A stretch of 64,000 nucleotides of DNA from a virus. Taxonomy: Duplodnaviria; Caudoviricetes. Under the pieces are notes generated by a model, which made no database searches, had not been told where the DNA came from, and saw only the letters and a list, made by a program, of their open reading frames with translations. Below, one piece after another: positions 56,512 to 64,000 of this stretch. The first letter of the stretch is position 1; every line of letters begins with the position of its first letter. The stretch is from positions 2,206 through 66,205 of IMG/VR virus record IMGVR_UViG_3300006654_000661; one strand, given 5' to 3'. The translations under genes and the position numbers were made by a program.

Positions 56512-56913
56512 ATGAAAATTGGTAGAAATGATAAATGCCCATGTGGGAGCAACAAGAAATACAAGCATTGCTGCGCTAATAAAAATGTTACTCGGGAAAG
56601 CAGTACTCCGCTATCTATGTCAGAGCAGCAATTTCTCGGTTATTCACGAGAACGCTTGCCCGAAGAGTCACCATTTGATTTATCTACAGATGGCCTCTGC
56701 TGTTTAGTAATGACATTAGATAGCCGAAAAGCAAATACACTGAATGAAATGCATAACACTGACGCCTTTATTAGCGGCATGGTTATCGTTACTTCTGGTG
56801 AATGCTCTAATGTGCAAATGGCTGGACCGTTCGGTTCATTAGATGAGGCTTTTGAATATTCACGTATCGAGCATGGCGCTATCAGATTCCACAGCAAACC
56901 CGAATTCATATAA
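56512..56913 (+). CDS. SEC-C motif protein
   Basis: MKIGRNDKCPCGSNKKYKHCC; start re-called at 56512. Confidence 0.8.
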   Translation: MKIGRNDKCPCGSNKKYKHCCANKNVTRESSTPLSMSEQQFLGYSRERLPEESPFDLSTDGLCCLVMTLDSRKANTLNEMHNTDAFISGMVIVTSGECSNVQMAGPFGSLDEAFEYSRIEHGAIRFHSKPEFI

Positions 56914-56960
56914 ACCGCAACGCATTATTCATAATGATCTTTAAAAATACGGTCTTGTTT

Positions 56961-57899
56961 TTAACGAAGGAATGTTCCCTCCTTCGTTATATGGTCAAAA
57001 GAAAACACATGTTCTGACGGTGCCACCCTGCACTTTCCAACGAACCTATTATGAAACTCTCTGCTCTTTTCAATTAGTAGGTCTTCCCCACAAACTGAGC
57101 ATTTCGCTTCAATCGTAACTGCTTTCATGCATATAGGTGCGTTAGTTTGTCCTGTCGCGTTAATCGTTAGTAGCTTATTTTTTGCTAATTTTTTAGACCA
57201 AAATGCAGGATATGTCGTTATCCCTTTATTAAGTAACTCGTGCAGCGTCTTGAAAATGATACCTGCAACTATGCCAAAAATAACCACACATGTATTAGTC
57301 GTCTTGCTGCCCCACTCTACCAATCCAATAAGCGTGTAGAGTGTTAGTACAATCGACGTCAGTAAACCTATTGCAACTAATATAAGCTTTCTTGGAGTTA
57401 GAATCAGATTGGAAAAAGGTTTAGCCCATGGCAATGCATCATCAATATGTGTGACGACGTACCGCACCTTTAGGGCATTTGAATTTCCTGTACCAGTCGA
57501 TTTCACAGAACCAGTGCGAATTCTCCACTTCGTAGGAATGCCACCTTTCGAATTCACGCGCTCTAGTCTAAGTGGGCTTAAATTTTTTTCTGTAAGTAAT
57601 GCGTTCAATGAAGATGTTTGAGCAAAAAGCTTTGAGAGTTTTTCTTCATGCCCTTTCATCCAGCGTCTTGCTTTCTCTGAATCGTCTTGCCCATTCATAG
57701 ACTTATATATTTCTGCAGCAGTAAAGTAAAAATGGGATTCATCAGCCGCATTTTGTCGAATCAATCGATGAGTTTGTTCTATTAGAAAAGCCCCAATTTC
57801 TTCACCAACTATGTTCGGTAGGTGAACACTAAAAAACTGCAACGCTACGTCTAACGACTTCTCTAGATCTTCAACATCCTGTTTTTCAACAACTTCCAT
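56961..57899 (-). CDS. Membrane-anchored protein with C-terminal Zn ribbon (putative regulator)
   Basis: Soluble N-domain, two TM helices, CSVCG...C...EH; divergent from xis-int; start re-called at 57899. Confidence 0.7.
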   Translation of the reverse strand: MEVVEKQDVEDLEKSLDVALQFFSVHLPNIVGEEIGAFLIEQTHRLIRQNAADESHFYFTAAEIYKSMNGQDDSEKARRWMKGHEEKLSKLFAQTSSLNALLTEKNLSPLRLERVNSKGGIPTKWRIRTGSVKSTGTGNSNALKVRYVVTHIDDALPWAKPFSNLILTPRKLILVAIGLLTSIVLTLYTLIGLVEWGSKTTNTCVVIFGIVAGIIFKTLHELLNKGITTYPAFWSKKLAKNKLLTINATGQTNAPICMKAVTIEAKCSVCGEDLLIEKSREFHNRFVGKCRVAPSEHVFSFDHITKEGTFLR

Positions 57900-57992
57900 A
57901 TTTTCACTACCCGTATGTAACCCGTATGCCCCCTGTTTTAGCAGACCAATCAAGACCAATCTAGTACTTCGTTTATACGGGAGTACAAATTT

Positions 57993-58169
57993 ATGAGCGG
58001 ATTAGTAACAACAGACAAACTTTCTGAAATGACAGGATATTCAAAAGAAGCAATTCGAATGAAGGTGAAAAAAGGTGTTTGGATAAAACAGCGGCATTAT
58101 CTAAAAGCGCCTGATGGCAGATTGATTTTTATCGTTGAAATGATTTACCAATGGATGAAAGGAGAATAA
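57993..58169 (+). CDS. xis: Excisionase (58 aa, not in ORF track)
   Basis: MSGLVTTDKLSEMTGYSKEAIRMKVKKGVWIKQRHYLKAPDGRLIFIVEMIYQWMKGE; GGAG RBS; directly before int. Confidence 0.85.
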   Translation: MSGLVTTDKLSEMTGYSKEAIRMKVKKGVWIKQRHYLKAPDGRLIFIVEMIYQWMKGE

Positions 58170-58173
58170 CAAA

Positions 58174-59238
58174 ATGAGTGTTAAAGCTGTAAACGGCGGA
58201 TATGTAATAGACTTCACTCTTAACCATGAAAGATTCAGAGAAACGATACCCGCCCCACATAATAAAACCGCTGCAAAAAGAATTGAGGAACAAGAAGCTA
58301 TTTACAAGATGGCGATTTCACTAAACGACAAAGCAATTGCGAGTCGCTTTCCCAACAGCAAGATAATGCAAAAAGCTTTTGATAATGGCTGTACTTACAC
58401 TATTCACGATTATTCAAACATTTGGTTTAAACAAAAGCAGCGAAACTGGTCACATACAACTATTCGGGGCTATACACAAAAATACAATTCATACATTAAG
58501 CCTAATTGGGGACACCTGATTTTAAATGAGTTTAAAGCTAGTATGTTTGATGAATGGGCATCTGAATGCTTACTCTCTGGTAAATCAATTAATGAAACTC
58601 GCAATGTGCTTAGTCAGATCTTCAAGCGTGCATACTTTGATGGTGTAATCGACTCAAATCCAGTCGAACGCATTGAAAGGTACAAACAAAAAATTAATGA
58701 ACCAAAGCCCTTCAATAAGTCTGAGATCAAAAAAATACTTAATGCGTTACAGTCCCCCTATAAAGAGTTTTTTCAATTTGCATTTTATACAGGCTTGCGG
58801 ACTGGTGAATTACTTGGACTTCGTTGGGAAGACGTTGATATAGAAAAACGTTTGGCACACATACGGGTTAATATTACTTCTGGAAAAGAGAAAGTACCTA
58901 AAACTGCTGGAAGCATTCGAACTATAGAATTGCACTGCTTGGCATTACAGGCTCTTACATCAATAGAATCATCAAAGTTCTTTAATTCGAAAAGAGTATT
59001 TATTGACCCAAAGACTATGAAAGAGTACAAATATGCTGACGGGTTACGTAAATACACTTGGAAACCTGCTCTTAAAAAGCTAAATATTCCTTATCGTTAC
59101 CCTTACCAATGTAGGCATACTTATGCATCAATGATGCTATCATCTGGCAAAAATCCTATGTGGGTTGCAAAGCAAATGGGTCATGCTGATTGGGGAATGA
59201 TTCGAAAAGTTTATGGAAGATGGATAAACGAGTCTTAG
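58174..59238 (+). CDS. int: Tyrosine integrase (satellite)
   Basis: TGLRTGE, YPYQCRHT, QMGH..VY. Confidence 0.95.
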   Translation: MSVKAVNGGYVIDFTLNHERFRETIPAPHNKTAAKRIEEQEAIYKMAISLNDKAIASRFPNSKIMQKAFDNGCTYTIHDYSNIWFKQKQRNWSHTTIRGYTQKYNSYIKPNWGHLILNEFKASMFDEWASECLLSGKSINETRNVLSQIFKRAYFDGVIDSNPVERIERYKQKINEPKPFNKSEIKKILNALQSPYKEFFQFAFYTGLRTGELLGLRWEDVDIEKRLAHIRVNITSGKEKVPKTAGSIRTIELHCLALQALTSIESSKFFNSKRVFIDPKTMKEYKYADGLRKYTWKPALKKLNIPYRYPYQCRHTYASMMLSSGKNPMWVAKQMGHADWGMIRKVYGRWINES

Positions 59239-59290
59239 TTATTTAGTCGTATTTCTTGTACGATTCGGCACAAGAACACAACAAATTCTT

Positions 59291-59311
59291 TGCAACTATT
59301 TTTTAGTTGCA
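59291..59311. promoter_or_regulatory. Palindromic operator upstream of hicA
   Basis: TGCAACTA-N5-TAGTTGCA. Confidence 0.65.
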
Positions 59312-59344
59312 CTATTATCACATGGAACCGATGCGAGTACGGAA

Positions 59345-59605
59345 GTGGGAAGTCAAGACAAATTCAAGATTTACATACAAAGAATACCGGTACCGAGCGA
59401 CTGCAGATTTTCTAAACTCAGTAGCTTTTTACAAAATCTCGGTTTTACATTACACAATAGAGGGAAAACCAGCGGGAGTAGGATTATTTTCTTCGATGAA
59501 TCAATGAATAAAATTATCCTTCATAAGCCGCACGGCAGTGATCCCGTTTGTCAAAGTGCACTTAATGATGTTGTACAGAAGTTGAAAGAATATGGATATT
59601 TGTAG
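59345..59605 (+). CDS. hicA: HicA-family mRNase toxin
   Basis: LGF...GKTSGSRIIF...ILHKPH. Confidence 0.88.
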   Translation: MGSQDKFKIYIQRIPVPSDCRFSKLSSFLQNLGFTLHNRGKTSGSRIIFFDESMNKIILHKPHGSDPVCQSALNDVVQKLKEYGYL

Positions 59606-59614
59606 AGGTGCGAT

Positions 59615-60091
59615 ATGAACGTTTTAGATTATAAAGGGTACATAGGCTCAATAGAAACGTGTCTTCATAAGAAAAATCTTTATGGGAAAATATTATATAT
59701 TAACGATCTAGTTACCTTTTCAGGTGATACAGTATTGGAACTAGAAGCAGAGTTTAAAAGTGCTGTTGATGATTATTTGATAATTTGTGAAGAATTAGGA
59801 GCTGAACCAGATAAAACATTTAAAGGTTCACTCAATGTTCGGCTTGGTAATGACTTGCACAGGCAGGTTGCTTATCAATCCGAAAGGATGGGCATTAAAA
59901 TTAATGACTTTATCAAAAAAGCCTGCGAGGAAAAATTGATAACTAGAGATGTGATCAATTTGAATGTTACGCACATCACAAGGACTTCTACTACTCAAGA
60001 CGTAGTATTTGGAGAAGAAGCTACCTTTAGTTATGCTAATAAATCAATCTCAGCCAAGAATGTTGATTATGATTCAAAGGACTGCCATTAA
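59615..60091 (+). CDS. hicB: HicB-family antitoxin with C-terminal extension
   Basis: LDYKGYIGSIE..F.SAVDDYL..C...P.K.FKGSLNVRL; about 48 extra residues after the RHH domain. Confidence 0.92.
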   Translation: MNVLDYKGYIGSIETCLHKKNLYGKILYINDLVTFSGDTVLELEAEFKSAVDDYLIICEELGAEPDKTFKGSLNVRLGNDLHRQVAYQSERMGIKINDFIKKACEEKLITRDVINLNVTHITRTSTTQDVVFGEEATFSYANKSISAKNVDYDSKDCH

Positions 60092-60094
60092 CTA

Positions 60095-60556
60095 ATGAAC
60101 ATTCAATTAGATTTACTGAGATCAAAGCTCTTACATTCATCATTCGATGATAAAAGATTAGATGTCTCTAACAAAAAAGGCTTAGTTAAAAGTTCTTTAG
60201 CAATTAATTTTGAAGAAATCGATACTACTGAAGACTCGGAAAATAATGTGATCGAATTACATTTTGAGTCTAAATCCGAATTAACTGGATTTGTTGGTCA
60301 TGATTTAGAAGACTCAGAGATTGCGTTCTCCTTAACTCTCGAGGCAGTTTCTTCATTCACTGTTGATATAACTTCTGTTTCAAAGGATGTAGAGAATACT
60401 GTTCAATCCTTAGTTGAAACCGACTATGTCAGATATCTAGTTATGGCGGCATGTAAGCAATTTCACATTGAACAGGCGGGACAATTGTTAAGGTCAACTA
60501 AGTTTAGTAGTGTACCGGCTCAATATTCTGGTGACATTAGCAGTGACGAGAGTTAG
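60095..60556 (+). CDS. Putative SecB-like chaperone (TAC third component)
   Basis: 153 aa, very acidic, four-strand then two-helix pattern; 3 bp after hicB. Confidence 0.6.
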   Translation: MNIQLDLLRSKLLHSSFDDKRLDVSNKKGLVKSSLAINFEEIDTTEDSENNVIELHFESKSELTGFVGHDLEDSEIAFSLTLEAVSSFTVDITSVSKDVENTVQSLVETDYVRYLVMAACKQFHIEQAGQLLRSTKFSSVPAQYSGDISSDES

Positions 60557-60585
60557 CTAAGCAATTGAAATCATGAAAATAGTTA

Positions 60586-60616
60586 CGGGTTCAAATCCCG
60601 CCAGCTCCACCAATTC
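60586..60616 (+). repeat. att site: second tmRNA 3'-end copy (satellite attR)
   Basis: CGGGTTCAAATCCCGCCAGCTCCACCAATTC identical to 54649-54679. Confidence 0.9.
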
Positions 60617-60621
60617 GTATT

Positions 60622-60645
60622 AAGCCCCTATTTTAGGGGCTTTTT
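60622..60645 (+). terminator. Intrinsic terminator, probably the displaced native ssrA terminator
   Basis: aagcccctattttaggggcttttt immediately after the last ssrA 3' copy. Confidence 0.75.
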
Positions 60646-61086
60646 GCTATCTAGCCCACTATATCCTAAAGCTGTAGCAGAATTCCCCCCACTATTACCT
60701 CACTAACAAAATCAGAAAAGATAAAGCGCTTACTGCCCTCGACGAAGATTAAACTATTTATACTCTTTTCAATTTACTAAATTTCATAGCCAAGCTCGTG
60801 GCATTAGTGCTATCACTCGGTTAAACGTTCCAAGGTTTTATTAAGTGTTAGTACGAGAATACCGATACCTATTCATGGGATGAGAGCCCAGATGTAGACG
60901 TGACGATTGAAATAACCAGGCTCTAAAAACCGGCCAAAATACAATACACTTTAAGCATCATCCCAGTAACCAGAATGAGAAAAATTATGAATGACACATT
61001 GGTCGGTATTACTAATTGAGCCTTATTAGTTCTCCTACTAGAGAACGATACGAGAATGATCAATCTGATAATTTTAGCGTAATCTT

Positions 61087-61170
61087 AACCTTCCTATTTA
61101 AACCTTCTTATTTATACCTTCTTATTTAAACCTTCTTATTTAAACCTTCTTATTTAAACCTTCTTTTTTA
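61087..61170. repeat. 14-bp tandem repeat x6
   Basis: Consensus AACCTTCTTATTTA with single substitutions in units 1, 3 and 6. Confidence 0.9.
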
Positions 61171-61654
61171 AACAACTAATAACAACTCAATTAACATTCC
61201 TCCCCATGCGATGAGCAGCCCAAGTATTAAGATGAAATGCAGAACTAATCTTAAGCAGGTTAAATATCGCACTAACAATTTAAATATTAGCTTATCCGAT
61301 TCAGAAGATGGATTTCTGAAGTTTTACACCTGAAATTACTGCATGAAAATTACGCAAAATAAACAAAATTTGACCGCCAGTTTAATTAACACCTAAAGAT
61401 TTTTCATTTTTCAACCAAAAATCCCGCATATAACAAAAACCTAATGTTTAAATAAAAATCAACAATAAGTTAATACTCCCAAAAGGGTTATTCATTTCTT
61501 CGTAAAAAATTGATTTCGTCTGCTCATGCTCATTAGAATGCGCGCCCTCTTAGACACAAGTATAACTTTGAACACAAAATAACCTTTTAAGGCTTGCCTA
61601 AAATTTGGCCTTATTTGATAACAAGCACGAAAATTTAATTTACCAGGAACACAC

Positions 61655-64000
61655 ATGAAAAATATTGCAACTGCTGTTCGGTTAGCATTGGCTGGAAGCG
61701 TCGCGTTGACCTCCGCCAACGTATTGGCGCAAGACTCTGCGACCAGTGGCGCCGATGTCGAAAAAATTCAAGTTACAGGTTCACGTATTTCTCGTCAGGG
61801 CGCAATTGCACCTTCGCCGGTTACCGCTATTTCTGGCGAGTCACTGCTTAACTCAGGTGCGATGAACATTGGTGAGGTGCTTAATGAACTGCCCTCTTTA
61901 GCTAACACGTTCTCGCTTGGTAACTCAGGACAATTTATTGGTACTGCGGGGCTAAACATTTTAGATCTTCGCGGTATGGGTACAGACCGCACATTAGTGT
62001 TGGTCGACGGCAAACGCCACGTATCTTCATCAGCAGGCACAGCCGCAGTTGATACGAACACGATTCCAACTTCATGGATTGAGCGTGTTGAAATTGTAAC
62101 TGGTGGTGCATCTGCTGTTTACGGTGCCGACGCGGTTACCGGTGTAGTTAACTTCATTCTTAAAAAGAATATTGAAGGGTTCGACATTAGCGCAACCCAA
62201 GGTTTTGCGCAGGAAAACGGCTATAAGAACGATAAGTATCAAGCGTCTTACGGTTTCAACTTCGACAACGACCGCGGTAACATCGCTTTTGCAGCTGAAT
62301 ATAGCTCACAAGAATCGTTAGATGCGCTAGACAACCCGTGGACTGCCACGTCTTATCGTAACATGAGTTTTGAAAGCATCATGGGTTACGAGCGCAGTGA
62401 AGACCAACTAGATTCAACCGCATACCCTGATGATATCTACACGGCTAACGCCGGTTACTACGTGTTAAATAACGCAGGTGTGTTCGGTGATGGAACCAAA
62501 ACTTTCAACGCTGACGGTTCACTTAAAGACATTTATATTGGCGAGCAAGTAGACGGCGTTTTCTGCGCTAACTGCGATTTTTTCAACCTTGGCCAGTTCA
62601 CGCAACTACAGCCTGAGTTTGACCGTACTAACGTAAATGTTAAAGGTAACTACACACTAAACGACGACACCACCGTTTACGCGCAAGCTAAATACGCCCG
62701 TACTCGCGCCATTTCTATGGGGCAGCCTGCTTTCTTCTTCTATAGCGATGAAACGACTATCTCTCGAAACAACGCATTCCTAGACGACAGCGTTGCTGAG
62801 TACATGGACGCAAACGATCTTGATAGTATCGTGCTAAACCGCATGATGACCGACTTAGGTCGTCGTACAGAGGCGGACGAGCGTGAAACTTATCGCTACG
62901 TACTTGGTGTTGAAGGTTACATCAATGATGAGTGGAACTACGAAGCATTCGTAAACTACGGTAAAACTGAGCTAGAGCGTGAGAACCGCAACAACCTGAT
63001 TCTTCAGAACTTCTATAACGCAATAGACGCTATTGAAGACGACAATGGTAACATTGTTTGTGCATCAGGCAGTGCAGATGGCTGTGTTCCGCTTAACATT
63101 ATGGGTTACGGTCAGCCTTCACAAGAAGCTATTGATTATGTGAATACCACCTCTGTGGGTAACAGCACAATTGAACAGTACAACGCTGGCGCAACGATTG
63201 CGAACTCTGGTATTTATGAGTTACCAGCGGGCTACGTAGGTTTTGCCGCAGGTGTAGAATATCGCAAAGAGAAAAGCGAAATTGAAGAGCCTAATAATGC
63301 AGTTGGCACCTTCTTCAATGTTCTTGGCGAAGACAAAGGTGAGTATGACGTATCTGAAGTATTTACAGAACTTACTATACCGCTACTTGAAGGCCTTCCA
63401 GGCGTAGATATGCTGACGTTCGACACGGCCGCCCGTATTGCTAACTATTCGTCTATTGGTAATGCGAAGAGCTGGAAGCTTGGTTTAGATTGGCAGGTTT
63501 TCGAAGACTTACGAGTGAGAGCGACTAAATCATCAGCGCTTCGCGCACCAAATATTAGTGAACTATACGGCGAAGCTAGCCAAACGTTCTTCAACGTTGA
63601 CGACCCATGCCGTACAGACAACCTAGATAACCTTGCCAACGCCGACCAGCGTATCGCAAACTGTAACGCATTAGGTGTTCCAGCAGATTTTAACTCTGAG
63701 TATGACTCAGCCACGTTGGAAGGTGTAAACGGTGGTAACATTGACCTTCAAGCGGAGCAATCTATCTCTAAAACACTAGGCTTGGTTTACACACCTGGTT
63801 GGTTTGAAGGCTTTACTGCTACTGTCGACTATTGGGAAATTGAACTTACCGATGCAATTACCAGCATAGATGGTCAAACTATTCTTGATCGTTGCGTAGA
63901 CTCTGAAACAGGTATAGATAACCCATATTGCGGCCTTATCGACCGTGATTCAGAAACAGGTGAAATCGTAACCGTTCACCAGGGCCCTATTGACAGTTAG
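61655..64000 (+). CDS. TonB-dependent receptor (host gene; probably incomplete at the window edge)
   Basis: Signal peptide, VEKIQVTGSRI TonB box, LRGMG.DRTLVLVDG, IERVEIVTGGASAVYGADA plug motifs; no typical C-terminal Phe. Confidence 0.93.
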   Translation: MKNIATAVRLALAGSVALTSANVLAQDSATSGADVEKIQVTGSRISRQGAIAPSPVTAISGESLLNSGAMNIGEVLNELPSLANTFSLGNSGQFIGTAGLNILDLRGMGTDRTLVLVDGKRHVSSSAGTAAVDTNTIPTSWIERVEIVTGGASAVYGADAVTGVVNFILKKNIEGFDISATQGFAQENGYKNDKYQASYGFNFDNDRGNIAFAAEYSSQESLDALDNPWTATSYRNMSFESIMGYERSEDQLDSTAYPDDIYTANAGYYVLNNAGVFGDGTKTFNADGSLKDIYIGEQVDGVFCANCDFFNLGQFTQLQPEFDRTNVNVKGNYTLNDDTTVYAQAKYARTRAISMGQPAFFFYSDETTISRNNAFLDDSVAEYMDANDLDSIVLNRMMTDLGRRTEADERETYRYVLGVEGYINDEWNYEAFVNYGKTELERENRNNLILQNFYNAIDAIEDDNGNIVCASGSADGCVPLNIMGYGQPSQEAIDYVNTTSVGNSTIEQYNAGATIANSGIYELPAGYVGFAAGVEYRKEKSEIEEPNNAVGTFFNVLGEDKGEYDVSEVFTELTIPLLEGLPGVDMLTFDTAARIANYSSIGNAKSWKLGLDWQVFEDLRVRATKSSALRAPNISELYGEASQTFFNVDDPCRTDNLDNLANADQRIANCNALGVPADFNSEYDSATLEGVNGGNIDLQAEQSISKTLGLVYTPGWFEGFTATVDYWEIELTDAITSIDGQTILDRCVDSETGIDNPYCGLIDRDSETGEIVTVHQGPIDS

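Larger units (their letters stand above)
54649..60616. mobile_element. 5.9-kb capsid-less integrative rolling-circle element (satellite-like)
   Basis: 31-bp perfect direct repeats at 54649-54679 and 60586-60616; contains rep, xis, int and TA cargo. Confidence 0.88.

Noticed and set aside
54843-59238. Filamentous (inovirus) prophage or P2 prophage
   Set aside because: No Zot/pI ATPase, coat or ssDNA-binding genes and no P2 head, tail or lysis genes between the att repeats
61087-61170. 14-bp repeats as a CRISPR array
   Set aside because: No spacers, unit too short, no cas genes
63998-64000. TAG at the window end as a genuine stop of the TonB-dependent receptor
   Set aside because: The protein lacks the final barrel strands and terminal Phe; a window or contig edge effect cannot be told apart from true truncation here

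Overview
Most of the window (1 to ~54675) is a temperate prophage whose left end lies outside the window. It has a lambdoid immunity/replication/recombination region and a podovirus-type virion module (terminase, portal, scaffold, capsid, several tail fibre/spike genes, ejection proteins). A giant minus-strand ORF missing from the ORF track (9627 to <1, >3209 aa) is a polyvalent DarB-like ejected protein with ParB-like, N6-adenine methyltransferase, zincin peptidase, AcrIF11-like ADP-ribosyltransferase and LPD38-like segments. The prophage ends at a copy of the tmRNA (ssrA) 3' end (54645-54679). A second copy at 60586-60616 bounds a 5.9-kb capsid-less element carrying a P2 gpA-type rolling-circle Rep with a P2-like ori, a SEC-C protein, a membrane-anchored putative regulator, xis-int and a HicA-HicB-SecB-like toxin-antitoxin-chaperone operon. 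Non-coding highlights are two tandem tRNA-like RNAs with greatly enlarged D-domains (51279-51623), two other structured RNA candidates (40294-40490, 41053-41275) and a duplicated Q-type late promoter. Host DNA resumes after ~60650 with a 14-bp tandem repeat and a TonB-dependent receptor gene; an Alteromonas-like marine gammaproteobacterium is inferred. All family assignments come from motif recognition by eye; no searches were run.
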